A stretch of 59,195 bases of DNA, counting the filler. It is 5 parts of 5 records of this genome, joined end to end, with 100 filler letters (N's around TTAATTAATTAA, not from the genome) between each part and the next. Parts side by side here need not be neighbours in the genome. Positions count along the whole stretch, not along the records: positions 30,029 to 37,235 come from SRR20825006_2484; positions 37,336 to 44,899 come from SRR20825006_2488; 3 more parts are not named here. The stretch is one strand, 5' to 3'. The stretch's first letter is position 1. Each line of letters starts with the position of its first letter. Made by a program: the position numbers and the translations under genes. The notes beneath the pieces are model-generated. The model was not told where the DNA came from and did no database searches. It saw only the letters and a list, made by a program, of their open reading frames with translations. Below, piece after piece: positions 36,622 through 44,999 of the stretch.

Positions 36622-37071
36622 ATGAAACGCATTTCAGAATATAAGAAGTTGTTTGGTGTAGAAAAGGAAATAGAGTTAAAGACTTTAAAGAAAAGCTACC
36701 GCAACTTAGTAAAAGAATGGCACCCTGATAAATTTCAGAGTGACGATGCAAAAAAAGCTGAAGCCGAAATACAAAGCCGAAAAATTATTGATGGATACCA
36801 CTTCTTAGTAAGCATGGCACCAGAAACAAAGGCTGCAAATCTTGAGGCTTATACTAAAACTATAACTACAGAGAGTATTGCAGACTACCACCATAAAGGT
36901 ATGCTGTTAGAAGTAACCTTTACAGACGGTACTACGTATGAGTATTTTGGTGTAACAAAGCCAGTTTATATCAAGTTGGTAAATGCTGGAAACTTAAACC
37001 GTTTTGCAAAACGAAACATTTATCCAAAGTTTGTACACAGACAATCTAAGCGTAATTTACAAGACGCCTAA
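36622..37071 (+). CDS. J-domain / KTSC-domain fusion protein
   Basis: LKKSYRNLVKEWHPDKF (HPD) plus LLEVTFTDGTTYEYFGV. Confidence 0.85.
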   Translation: MKRISEYKKLFGVEKEIELKTLKKSYRNLVKEWHPDKFQSDDAKKAEAEIQSRKIIDGYHFLVSMAPETKAANLEAYTKTITTESIADYHHKGMLLEVTFTDGTTYEYFGVTKPVYIKLVNAGNLNRFAKRNIYPKFVHRQSKRNLQDA

Positions 37072-37092
37072 TTTATAAAGACACTCGCTGCT

Positions 37093-37235
37093 ATGAGCAA
37101 GGCTACAAATAATGAAGATATAAATGCTTGTATTGCAACGTTGCAATCTCTTTTAGAAGACACCAATAGGTTGTTTGATTTACCAGAAGAGCAACGCATA
37201 GCTTTATTTAAAGCAGCTGGTGCCTTAACTAGACC
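37093..37235 (+). CDS. N-terminal fragment, possibly of an SDR-family oxidoreductase; truncated
   Basis: ORF runs into the spacer; the assignment is from recall of similar flavobacterial N-termini and no catalytic motif is visible. Confidence 0.45.
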
Positions 37236-37335
37236 NNNNNNNNNNNNNNNNNNNNNNNNNNNNNNNNNNNNNNNNNNNNTTAATTAATTAANNNNNNNNN
37301 NNNNNNNNNNNNNNNNNNNNNNNNNNNNNNNNNNN
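37236..37335. other. Artificial contig spacer
   Basis: N44-TTAATTAATTAA-N44. Confidence 0.98.
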
Positions 37336-38172
37336 GCTACTCTCATTATAACTCATAGCATTATCATCTTGCGACATTTGTACTTCAGCTTTTTCTAGGC
37401 CTTTTGCGCCATACGGTATATAGGTGTTATTCAATTTTGTGTTTAATTTTAAAATAGCATCATCGTATGGAGAGGCAACGTGTACTATGGCCTTATTATG
37501 ATCTATTGCCATATAATCGCCTCCAGTAAGTAGTGCACCATCTCGCCAATAAGAAGAAACGCCATGATTGTAGCTTCCGCAGAACATAGTATTTACAATA
37601 ATGCCATGTTCTTTAGCATTTTGTGAGGCATCAACATAGTTTATTTGTCCTTGCGTATACGGTTCATTTCCTGCTATAAAAATAAGCTTTAAGGTTTCGT
37701 CTTCGTTTTCCCATTCTAAATTGGTTACTGCAGTTTGTACAACTGTACCACAATATTCACTGCCGCCATTAGTAGTTAAAGAAAATAATGCTTTTGAGAC
37801 ATCATCTAAATCTTGTGTGAACTCTAAAATTTTGCGAGTATAGCCGTCATATTGAGAAAGGTTACTATTTCCATACTCATACAAAGCAATACTTAAGGTT
37901 GGTGCTTTTCCATAACATTTAGCTAAGGATAACTCATTTACAATATCCCAAAGTTGAGCTCTTGCTTGGTCTATTAATCCATCCATACTATTACTGGTAT
38001 CTAACAATAATGCAACCTGTATTTTTGGAGTCTCATTAGTCGCAGGTGTGTGTAATTGGTGAGTAACTTCTGGAGCATCTGCTAAGAGAGCTTCAGATTT
38101 TGAATTTGCATTTACGCAGCCAATAAGACTTAAACAACTTACAATAATTGGTAGGGCATTAATTTTCATCAT
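37336..38172 (-). CDS. von Willebrand factor A domain lipoprotein; 3' truncated
   Basis: Lipobox LIGC, MIDAS LLDTSNSM, GGSEYCG and IAGNEP motifs. Confidence 0.88.
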
Positions 38173-38230
38173 CTTTTTTTTAATTGAACATCATAAAAGT
38201 ACTTGTACAGCAGTGCAATAAAAATTGGTA

Positions 38231-38318
38231 ATGAGTAACTGGTACATACTATTGAGTGAATAGCACATATGAATGATTCAGCTATTCAAAATGAGAACAA
38301 AAACGTATTAAATTGAGT
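38231..38318. promoter_or_regulatory. LytTR-type direct repeats
   Basis: TGAGT 38232, TGAGT 38253, TGATT 38274 (21-bp period); second pair TGAGA 38292 / TGAGT 38314. Confidence 0.55.
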
Positions 38319-38385
38319 ATTTACAGCACATCTGCATTTTTTTGAACCGTTTTATTGTAGTAGGTTTAACCTTTCAAAAGTACTT

Positions 38386-40575
38386 ATGAAACACATTTTT
38401 ATCATCTTATTTTTCATATGTTCAGTGCCTTGTTGTGTTGCTCAAATTGGAGAACAAACTATTGTGAGAGGTACAGTTTTAGAAGAAGGTACATACAATC
38501 CTTTTTCCAACGCTAATGTTGAGGTTGTTGGAGGCGCTTATACGACCACAAATGCGGCTGGCGAATTTAGGTTACAGGCAAGAATAGGAGAAGAGCTTGT
38601 AATTAGACACGAAGATTTTGAAACGGTGTATCATACCATTGGTAGAAACGACAATATTAAACTCACAGTTGCACCAAACAAAACAAAACCTAAAGCTGTA
38701 AAGCGAAATAAACAGGTTACTCAAGAACGTTTTCAGCAGTATTTAGACTCTGCCAAAAATGTACTAAAAAAAGATGCAAAAATAAGTATCGAGTATGTTG
38801 CTAAGGCCTTGGCAACAGATCAAGAACAAGCGTTATCTAAACTTCAAAAAGCAAAGGCTTATGAGTTGCTGGGCGATATTTACACGTATTGGAAACAGCA
38901 TGATTTAGCAGTCAGCAATTACAAGTTTGCTATACGAGATAATGTTTCTACACAACGGCAGCTAAAATTGGCAAAAGCTTATACACTCAATAAGAACTAC
39001 CAAGAAAGTATATCTCTTTATAATGAGCTAAAAAATAAATCGCTTTCTAATTATAATGAAGTTTTACGATTAGAAGGTTTGGGAGATACCTATAAAAATA
39101 CTGGTGATTTAAATAAAGCTATTACCCAATATCAACAAGCGCTTACCTTGGCAGAAAAGCATTTGTTTACGCCAAAAGTTACAGACTTAAATTCCAAAAT
39201 CGCGGAGGCTTATGATGCTAAAGGAGCTACTAAGCCTGCAGAAGATTATTATGAAAATTCTTTAAACCTTGCTAATAAGGAAACACGTAAACGTGCTGCA
39301 GAAGAAAAAACTAAGGTAGCAGATTTTTACAGTAAGAAAAGATCTTATAGAGAAGAAATTCAATTACGCCAAGAGGCCTTAAAAGATATTGAGGTATTGT
39401 CTGAAGATGCTGTGGAGAAAGAACAGGAAATTGATAACGAGAGTGCATTAACACCACAAAAACAAAACTATAAAATTGCAAACGCCTACGCTGCGCAGGA
39501 AAATATTGAAGATGCCATACCGTATTTACAAAAGAGTATAAAAGAAGCCAAGACAAACAATGATTTGGTGGTGCAAAAGGACGCAACAAGAAAATTAGGA
39601 GAGCTTTATAGAGCAAAGGGAGATATAACTAAAGCCGAAGAAACGTTTAAGGATTATGAAGTTGTTGTAGATCAACTTTACGTTCAGAAAGAACAGGAAA
39701 TTTCTCAGGCAGCTCGGTTTAGTAGAGATCTCACACTAAAACAAACTCGAATAGAAAGCTTAGAAAAAGACAGAGCGCTAAATGAGTCGCGTTACCAATT
39801 AGCGGTGGAAAATCAAAGCTTAGTAAACCAAAGCAACAGAAGGCAAAAATGGATTATTGGTGTTTTAATTGCATTGGCGTTTGCACTATTGGTTGCAGCA
39901 TATTTAATGTACAGGAACAACAAACAGCAAAAATTTGCAAATAACTTATTGGCTTTAAAGTCGCTGCGCTCACAAATGAATCCGCACTTTATATTTAACG
40001 CACTCAACTCTGTAAACAGCTTTATAGCAACTAATGATGAGCGTGCCGCTAACAGATATCTATCCGAGTTTTCTGGGCTTATGAGAGCTGTTTTAGAAAA
40101 CAGTGAGGAAGATTTTATACCATTATCAAAAGAGATAGAGCTGCTTCAAAAGTATACCAAGTTAGAGCACTTTAGGTTTCAGGATAAGTTTGATTATGAT
40201 ATTTTGGTCGATGATGCAATACCTACAGATCAATTTAAAATTCCTCCTATGTTATTACAGCCTTATGTAGAAAATGCAGTGTGGCACGGCTTGAGGTATA
40301 AGGAAGATAAAGGTAATTTGTTGGTACATTTTCAATTAAAAGATGAGCATACAGTAGTTATTATAATTGAAGATGATGGAATTGGCAGAGCCCAATCTAA
40401 AGCTATTAAAACAGACAATCAGAAAAAACAAAAGTCTCAAGGCATGAGTAATATACAACGTCGCATTTCAATATTAAACGATATGTATAGTGACACTATT
40501 GCAATTGCCATTTCAGATAAAGACCAAACTAACCACACAGGAACTCGTGTTGCTGTAACCTTAAAGAAACACTAA
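38386..40575 (+). CDS. LytS-family sensor kinase with periplasmic TPR region
   Basis: Signal peptide, carboxypeptidase-regulatory-like N-domain, TPRs, TM, then LRSQMNPHFIFNALNS, QPYVENAVWHG and DDGIG. Confidence 0.93.
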   Translation: MKHIFIILFFICSVPCCVAQIGEQTIVRGTVLEEGTYNPFSNANVEVVGGAYTTTNAAGEFRLQARIGEELVIRHEDFETVYHTIGRNDNIKLTVAPNKTKPKAVKRNKQVTQERFQQYLDSAKNVLKKDAKISIEYVAKALATDQEQALSKLQKAKAYELLGDIYTYWKQHDLAVSNYKFAIRDNVSTQRQLKLAKAYTLNKNYQESISLYNELKNKSLSNYNEVLRLEGLGDTYKNTGDLNKAITQYQQALTLAEKHLFTPKVTDLNSKIAEAYDAKGATKPAEDYYENSLNLANKETRKRAAEEKTKVADFYSKKRSYREEIQLRQEALKDIEVLSEDAVEKEQEIDNESALTPQKQNYKIANAYAAQENIEDAIPYLQKSIKEAKTNNDLVVQKDATRKLGELYRAKGDITKAEETFKDYEVVVDQLYVQKEQEISQAARFSRDLTLKQTRIESLEKDRALNESRYQLAVENQSLVNQSNRRQKWIIGVLIALAFALLVAAYLMYRNNKQQKFANNLLALKSLRSQMNPHFIFNALNSVNSFIATNDERAANRYLSEFSGLMRAVLENSEEDFIPLSKEIELLQKYTKLEHFRFQDKFDYDILVDDAIPTDQFKIPPMLLQPYVENAVWHGLRYKEDKGNLLVHFQLKDEHTVVIIIEDDGIGRAQSKAIKTDNQKKQKSQGMSNIQRRISILNDMYSDTIAIAISDKDQTNHTGTRVAVTLKKH

Positions 40576-41306
40576 TGATCTTAGATGCCATTTTAGTTGA
40601 AGATGAGGCAAGAAGCCGTGATATTCTTAGAAATTACATTACTAAATACTGTCCAAATATTAATTTGGTAGGCGAAGCAAGTGGTGTAGATGAAGGTCTT
40701 GAGCTTATAAGAAATCATCAATTAGATCTTGTGTTTCTAGACGTTGAAATGCCGTATGGTAATGCGTTCGACCTTCTTGAAAAAGTAGGCGACCGCACAT
40801 TTGAAACGGTTTTTGTTACCGCTTATGATCATTATGCAAAAGACGCCTTAAATGCTCACGCTTCGTACTATCTTTTAAAACCAATAAATATAGATGAGCT
40901 TATAAAAGCTGTAGATTATGTGGTGGCTATAAAAACCAAAGAATCACAGTTAAAGGATAAAGTGCTTTCTGCAAATATAAAAGCTGTAGATGGTAAAATA
41001 ACCATTCCTACACAAGAGGGTTTTGAGGTCTTACAGGTTAATAACATTTTATACTGCGAAGCAGATAACAACTACACTACCATTTATTTAGAAGACACTA
41101 AAAAAGTGGTGAGCAAAACTCTTAAGTATTTTGAGGATGCGCTAACAGATTCTGGTTTTGCCAGAATACACAAATCCTATCTTGTTAATGTAAACGCCAT
41201 TACCAAATATATAAAGGGAAAAGGTGGCCAAGTAGAGTTAAAAAACGGTAAAGTACTTTCTGTTTCTGCATCTAAGAAAGCAGATCTTTTAAATTATTTT
41301 TCCTGA
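40575..41306 (+). CDS. LytTR response regulator
   Basis: FLDVEMP, FVTAYD, YLLKP and FARIHKSYLVN motifs. Confidence 0.95.
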   Translation: MILDAILVEDEARSRDILRNYITKYCPNINLVGEASGVDEGLELIRNHQLDLVFLDVEMPYGNAFDLLEKVGDRTFETVFVTAYDHYAKDALNAHASYYLLKPINIDELIKAVDYVVAIKTKESQLKDKVLSANIKAVDGKITIPTQEGFEVLQVNNILYCEADNNYTTIYLEDTKKVVSKTLKYFEDALTDSGFARIHKSYLVNVNAITKYIKGKGGQVELKNGKVLSVSASKKADLLNYFS

Positions 41307-43390
41307 TCTTCTAATATAGTTAGTGCAAACTTAAGTTTCCAATACGGTATGGTTTCTTCAAAATGAAGGTAGTAGGGTTTTAAACCTTCAGGATGGTTTA
41401 AGGTTTTACTTGCAGTCTTAACTTTAGAAAGTTCTTCATCTGTTACAAATTCATTTAAGTTTAATGAAAGTTTATCTTCTAAATGAAGCTTTAGTAAGTG
41501 GCTGTAAATAGTGTTTAAAGACAAATCACGCTCTTTGCTAATATCTTCAACAGGCATTCCTTGCGTATATAATTGAAGCGTTTGTTGGTACGTGTCTACC
41601 TTAGGTTTTTGTTGTGCTTTATATGTTTTAATTACATCAATAAACGGTTCTGCATAGCTCTCTAACTTAGCTTTACCAACACCACTAATATCTGCAAAAG
41701 CTTCAATTGTGGTAGGTTGTTTCTTAATCATATCTTTTAAGCTGGCATCACTAAAAATAATATAGGCAGGCACATTTTTTTCAGCAGCTATAGCAGAACG
41801 CTTGTTTCGCAATTGCTCAAATAGGCTGTCATTCTTAGTTACTTTAGTAGTCTTAGCATCTTTTAAAGCTTTCACATCTTCGGTATGTGCTAGTTGAATG
41901 CTCTGCCCTTCAAATAAAATTGCCTTTGCTAAAGGTGTAAGCACTAATCTTCCATTTTCGTGAAAGTAAACCTCCAACACACCAAGATTTATTAATTGAA
42001 TAATGTATTGTTGTAAATCGTTCCACGAGACATTGCTTATAGCACCATAGGTCTTTATATGCTGGTATCCTTTATCAAATACTTGTGCATTTTTGGCACC
42101 GCGTAACACATCAACAATCATAGTGACACCTTCTTGTTCTTTAACGCGTGCCACTGCAGAGCAAACCTTTTGCGCTATAACTGTTCCGTCTACATATTTA
42201 GGCGGATTTTGACAAACATCACAATACCCACAATCTTTAGTAAGATGTTCTCCAAAATAATTAAGCAAGGCTTTTCTGCGGCAACTTAATGCTTCAGCGT
42301 AATGTTGCATACGCTCTAATTTTGCCAACTGAAACTCTTCTGTAGCTGTGCCTTCGGTAAATCTTCGTAATTGTATCACATCTGCATAACTGTAAAACAG
42401 TAAGGTGTGTGCTTTTAAGCCATCTCGTCCTGCACGACCAATTTCTTGATAATAGCCTTCAATATTCTTAGGCATATTATAATGTATAACCCAACGCACA
42501 TTACTTTTATCTATTCCCATACCAAAGGCAATGGTTGCCACAATAATGGGTGTGGTGTCATTTACAAAATCCTCTTGTATGCTAGCACGATCTTCTGGAG
42601 ATAAACCTGCGTGATATGCTTTAGCCTTATAGCCAGCTTGTTTTAGTTTTTGGGCAAGCTTTTCTGTACTCTTTCTGCTCAGGCAATAAATAATACCGCT
42701 TTGGGCACCTCGAGGACCTAAAAATTTAAGAATTTGTTTAATGCGACTTTGACCTGGTCTTACATCTAAAAATAAATTTTGCCTATCAAAAGAGGCCAAG
42801 TGCTTTTTAGCGTGAGAGATATTAAGCTGTTTGCTAATATCGTCTTGTGTTGCCTTATCGGCAGTTGCTGTAAGAGCAATTATGGGAATTTGTGGAAATT
42901 CCTGTTTTAAACTCCCAAGTTTAGTGTAGGCTGGTCTAAAATCATGTCCCCAAGCAGAAATACAATGCGCCTCATCTACCGCAATTAGGTTAAGAGTAAT
43001 TGTACTAATGGTGTGGCGTAAGTTTGGTAAGCTTTCTGGTGCCACATAAAATAAAGACAACTCATCTTGTGTAAGTTGTTGCAACACGTGTTGCTGCTCT
43101 TCTTCTGGTTGGCTACTGTTGTAATAAGCAGCAGATATACCATTGGCTCGCAATGCATCTACCTGATCTTTCATAAGAGCAATTAATGGCGAAATAACCA
43201 AAGCAGTTCCTTCTTTGGCTAATGCAGGCAATTGGTAGCACAACGATTTTCCACCACCAGTAGGCATAATAGCTAAGGTGTCTTTCCCCGAAAGCACATC
43301 GTTTATAATGGCTTCTTGGTTGGGCTTAAAGCTGTCATAACCAAAATGAGTTTTTAATAGTTGGGTGATAGATGAAGTAGTAGATGTCAT
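41294..43390 (-). CDS. recQ: DNA helicase RecQ
   Basis: MPTGGGKS, DEAHCISAWGHDFRP, QEIGRAGRDG, Zn/RQC and HRDC domains. Confidence 0.97.
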   Translation of the reverse strand: MTSTTSSITQLLKTHFGYDSFKPNQEAIINDVLSGKDTLAIMPTGGGKSLCYQLPALAKEGTALVISPLIALMKDQVDALRANGISAAYYNSSQPEEEQQHVLQQLTQDELSLFYVAPESLPNLRHTISTITLNLIAVDEAHCISAWGHDFRPAYTKLGSLKQEFPQIPIIALTATADKATQDDISKQLNISHAKKHLASFDRQNLFLDVRPGQSRIKQILKFLGPRGAQSGIIYCLSRKSTEKLAQKLKQAGYKAKAYHAGLSPEDRASIQEDFVNDTTPIIVATIAFGMGIDKSNVRWVIHYNMPKNIEGYYQEIGRAGRDGLKAHTLLFYSYADVIQLRRFTEGTATEEFQLAKLERMQHYAEALSCRRKALLNYFGEHLTKDCGYCDVCQNPPKYVDGTVIAQKVCSAVARVKEQEGVTMIVDVLRGAKNAQVFDKGYQHIKTYGAISNVSWNDLQQYIIQLINLGVLEVYFHENGRLVLTPLAKAILFEGQSIQLAHTEDVKALKDAKTTKVTKNDSLFEQLRNKRSAIAAEKNVPAYIIFSDASLKDMIKKQPTTIEAFADISGVGKAKLESYAEPFIDVIKTYKAQQKPKVDTYQQTLQLYTQGMPVEDISKERDLSLNTIYSHLLKLHLEDKLSLNLNEFVTDEELSKVKTASKTLNHPEGLKPYYLHFEETIPYWKLKFALTILEDQEK

Positions 43391-43460
43391 TTAAAAGTGA
43401 GCTTTCTATAGTATACGTTGCGCCGTTAAGGTAAGAATTAGGGATGAGTGAAAAACGAAA

Positions 43461-43503
43461 AGCGAAGAAAAATATATGTAATATATATGTTGTTTTCTTC
43501 GCT
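43461..43503 (-). terminator. Terminator after ssb
   Basis: AGCGAAGAAAA...TTTTCTTCGCT stem, followed by a U-rich tract on the minus strand. Confidence 0.75.
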
Positions 43504-43523
43504 ATTGTTTTCTGACTTTAAAA

Positions 43524-43856
43524 TTATTTAGACATCATTAGCAGCTCACTGCAAACCACTTCTGTGGTGTAGCGTTTGTTGCCATCTTTATCGTCCCAAG
43601 AACGGTTGGTAAGCTTTCCCGTTATGGCTACTTCTTTACCTTTACACACATAATTTTCTACAATCTCTGCGGTTTTGCCCCAAGCTACAATATTGTGCCA
43701 ATAGGTTTGTTCTACCTTTTCTCCATTTTTGTCTTTATAAGATTCGTTTGTGGCGATTGAAAATTTAGCCAGTTTCTTACCTGACTCTAAGTTGATAATT
43801 TCTGGGTCTTGTCCCAAATTCCCGATCAATTGTACGTTGTTTCTTAGCGTTTGCAT
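43524..43856 (-). CDS. ssb: Single-stranded DNA-binding protein, short form without acidic tail
   Basis: NNVQLIGNLGQDPE, WHNIVAWGK and RYTTEV motifs; ends ELLMMSK. Confidence 0.93.
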   Translation of the reverse strand: MQTLRNNVQLIGNLGQDPEIINLESGKKLAKFSIATNESYKDKNGEKVEQTYWHNIVAWGKTAEIVENYVCKGKEVAITGKLTNRSWDDKDGNKRYTTEVVCSELLMMSK

Positions 43857-43950
43857 AATAATTAGTTTTTAAATTAAACAATTGAGATAATGACAGATTA
43901 GTTGTATTGACTGCCGATGCAAAGATGTAGCAGCGTTCTTGTATTAATCG

Positions 43951-44004
43951 GTAAGTAAATATTTGTAAACGATTGTAAGTGTTTGTTGTCGCTTGTAAAT
44001 GTTT
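43951..44004. repeat. 10-bp-period direct repeat array upstream of ssb
   Basis: GTAAGTAAAT/ATTTGTAAAC/GATTGTAAGT/GTTTGTTGTC/GCTTGTAAAT. Confidence 0.7.
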
Positions 44005-44071
44005 AAATAATTACAAATCAATTTATTATGTTAATTTAAAAATTATAAGTTTTTTAATGTGTTTTATTGAT

Positions 44072-44113
44072 TAAGTTTGGAGTTACGCTTATAAACTAGT
44101 TGTAGGTAATTTT
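44072..44113 (+). promoter_or_regulatory. Promoter (-7 TAAGTTTG) and attI-like junction preceding the cassette
   Basis: TAnnTTTG at 44072-44079; GTTGTAGGTAATTTT at 44099-44113 is complementary (14/15) to 44672-44686. Confidence 0.6.
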
Positions 44114-44872
44114 GGCAAACGTTAAACTATGATAATAAAAATAGGTTTTTTGCTACTTTCAATAATTTTCATTGGATGTGATAGTAACGAGAAAAAGAGT
44201 ATGTATAATAGCGGATTAAAACAAGAATCACAACAATTACTAATCGAACCCGACACTATTTATGATGTTGAACTTGCAATAAAATTGTGGGAAAAACAAG
44301 ATACTGTAAGCGCAATTATAATTGATACAGCTTGTATAAAACAAAAGGAAAGAGCAAAAACTGATATAGATAATGGCAAACTGATTTATTATCGCTCGAA
44401 AATTTGGTATGAATGGAAAGAAATGGCGGAATTGTTATCGGACTATGATATTGAATACAAAGATTTTGACCACTTTTGTTTCGGACCACCACCTGGATTT
44501 GAATATGATTGTTATGAAAAAGAAATGTGGAATGCCATAAACAATAAACTTGGAGCGAACACAATCGATTCATTATGGCAAATAGCGGAAAAAAAGTTCG
44601 TTTTAAAATATCCAGACAGTGTTTATATAAAGGACGGAATTGACATAAGGAGTAAATATCTGACTGAGTAAAAAACTACCTACAACAATGTATATAAAAA
44701 ATAGCGCGATCAGCTGAAAACACAGACGTTCGGGCACTTTTTCGAGGTCGCCAAATTTTTAAATTTGGCTATTTGAGAAAAGAAATATAAATAGAAAAAT
44801 TTAAAAATTCGGCTCGAGTACAACCGAACGGTTAGCGCCCTTTTTCAGCGCTACTTTTCATATACTGAGACG
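44100..44872 (+). mobile_element. Putative integron-like gene cassette (773 bp)
   Basis: Single ORF bounded by G|TT sites, with a 3' attC-like hairpin. Confidence 0.7.
44129..44671 (+). CDS. Orphan lipoprotein (cassette cargo)
   Basis: MIIKIGFLLLSIIFIGC lipobox; no family recognised. Confidence 0.8.
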   Translation: MIIKIGFLLLSIIFIGCDSNEKKSMYNSGLKQESQQLLIEPDTIYDVELAIKLWEKQDTVSAIIIDTACIKQKERAKTDIDNGKLIYYRSKIWYEWKEMAELLSDYDIEYKDFDHFCFGPPPGFEYDCYEKEMWNAINNKLGANTIDSLWQIAEKKFVLKYPDSVYIKDGIDIRSKYLTE

Positions 44873-44877
44873 TTGTA
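44681..44877. repeat. 197-bp imperfect palindrome, attC-like
   Basis: Nested pairings TACAAC/GTTGTA, 44690-707/44848-865 (16/18), 44727-33/44824-30, 44750-66/44797-813 (16/17), 44769-74/44789-94. Confidence 0.85.
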
Positions 44878-44899
44878 ATGCAAGTTGAGCAACGAAACG

Positions 44900-44999
44900 N
44901 NNNNNNNNNNNNNNNNNNNNNNNNNNNNNNNNNNNNNNNNNNNTTAATTAATTAANNNNNNNNNNNNNNNNNNNNNNNNNNNNNNNNNNNNNNNNNNNN
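44900..44999. other. Artificial contig spacer
   Basis: N44-TTAATTAATTAA-N44. Confidence 0.98.

Noticed and set aside
44009-44036. dif site (TTATGTTAATT resembles the XerD arm)
   Set aside because: The XerC arm (AATTACAAATC) lacks the conserved ATAA end and the context is very AT-rich. Worth rechecking only if the cassette recombinase proves Xer-like.
44681-44877. Simple rho-independent terminator or IS end
   Set aside because: Too long and multi-stemmed, with no U-tract, transposase or target duplication; it also does not explain the complementarity to the sequence 5' of the gene.
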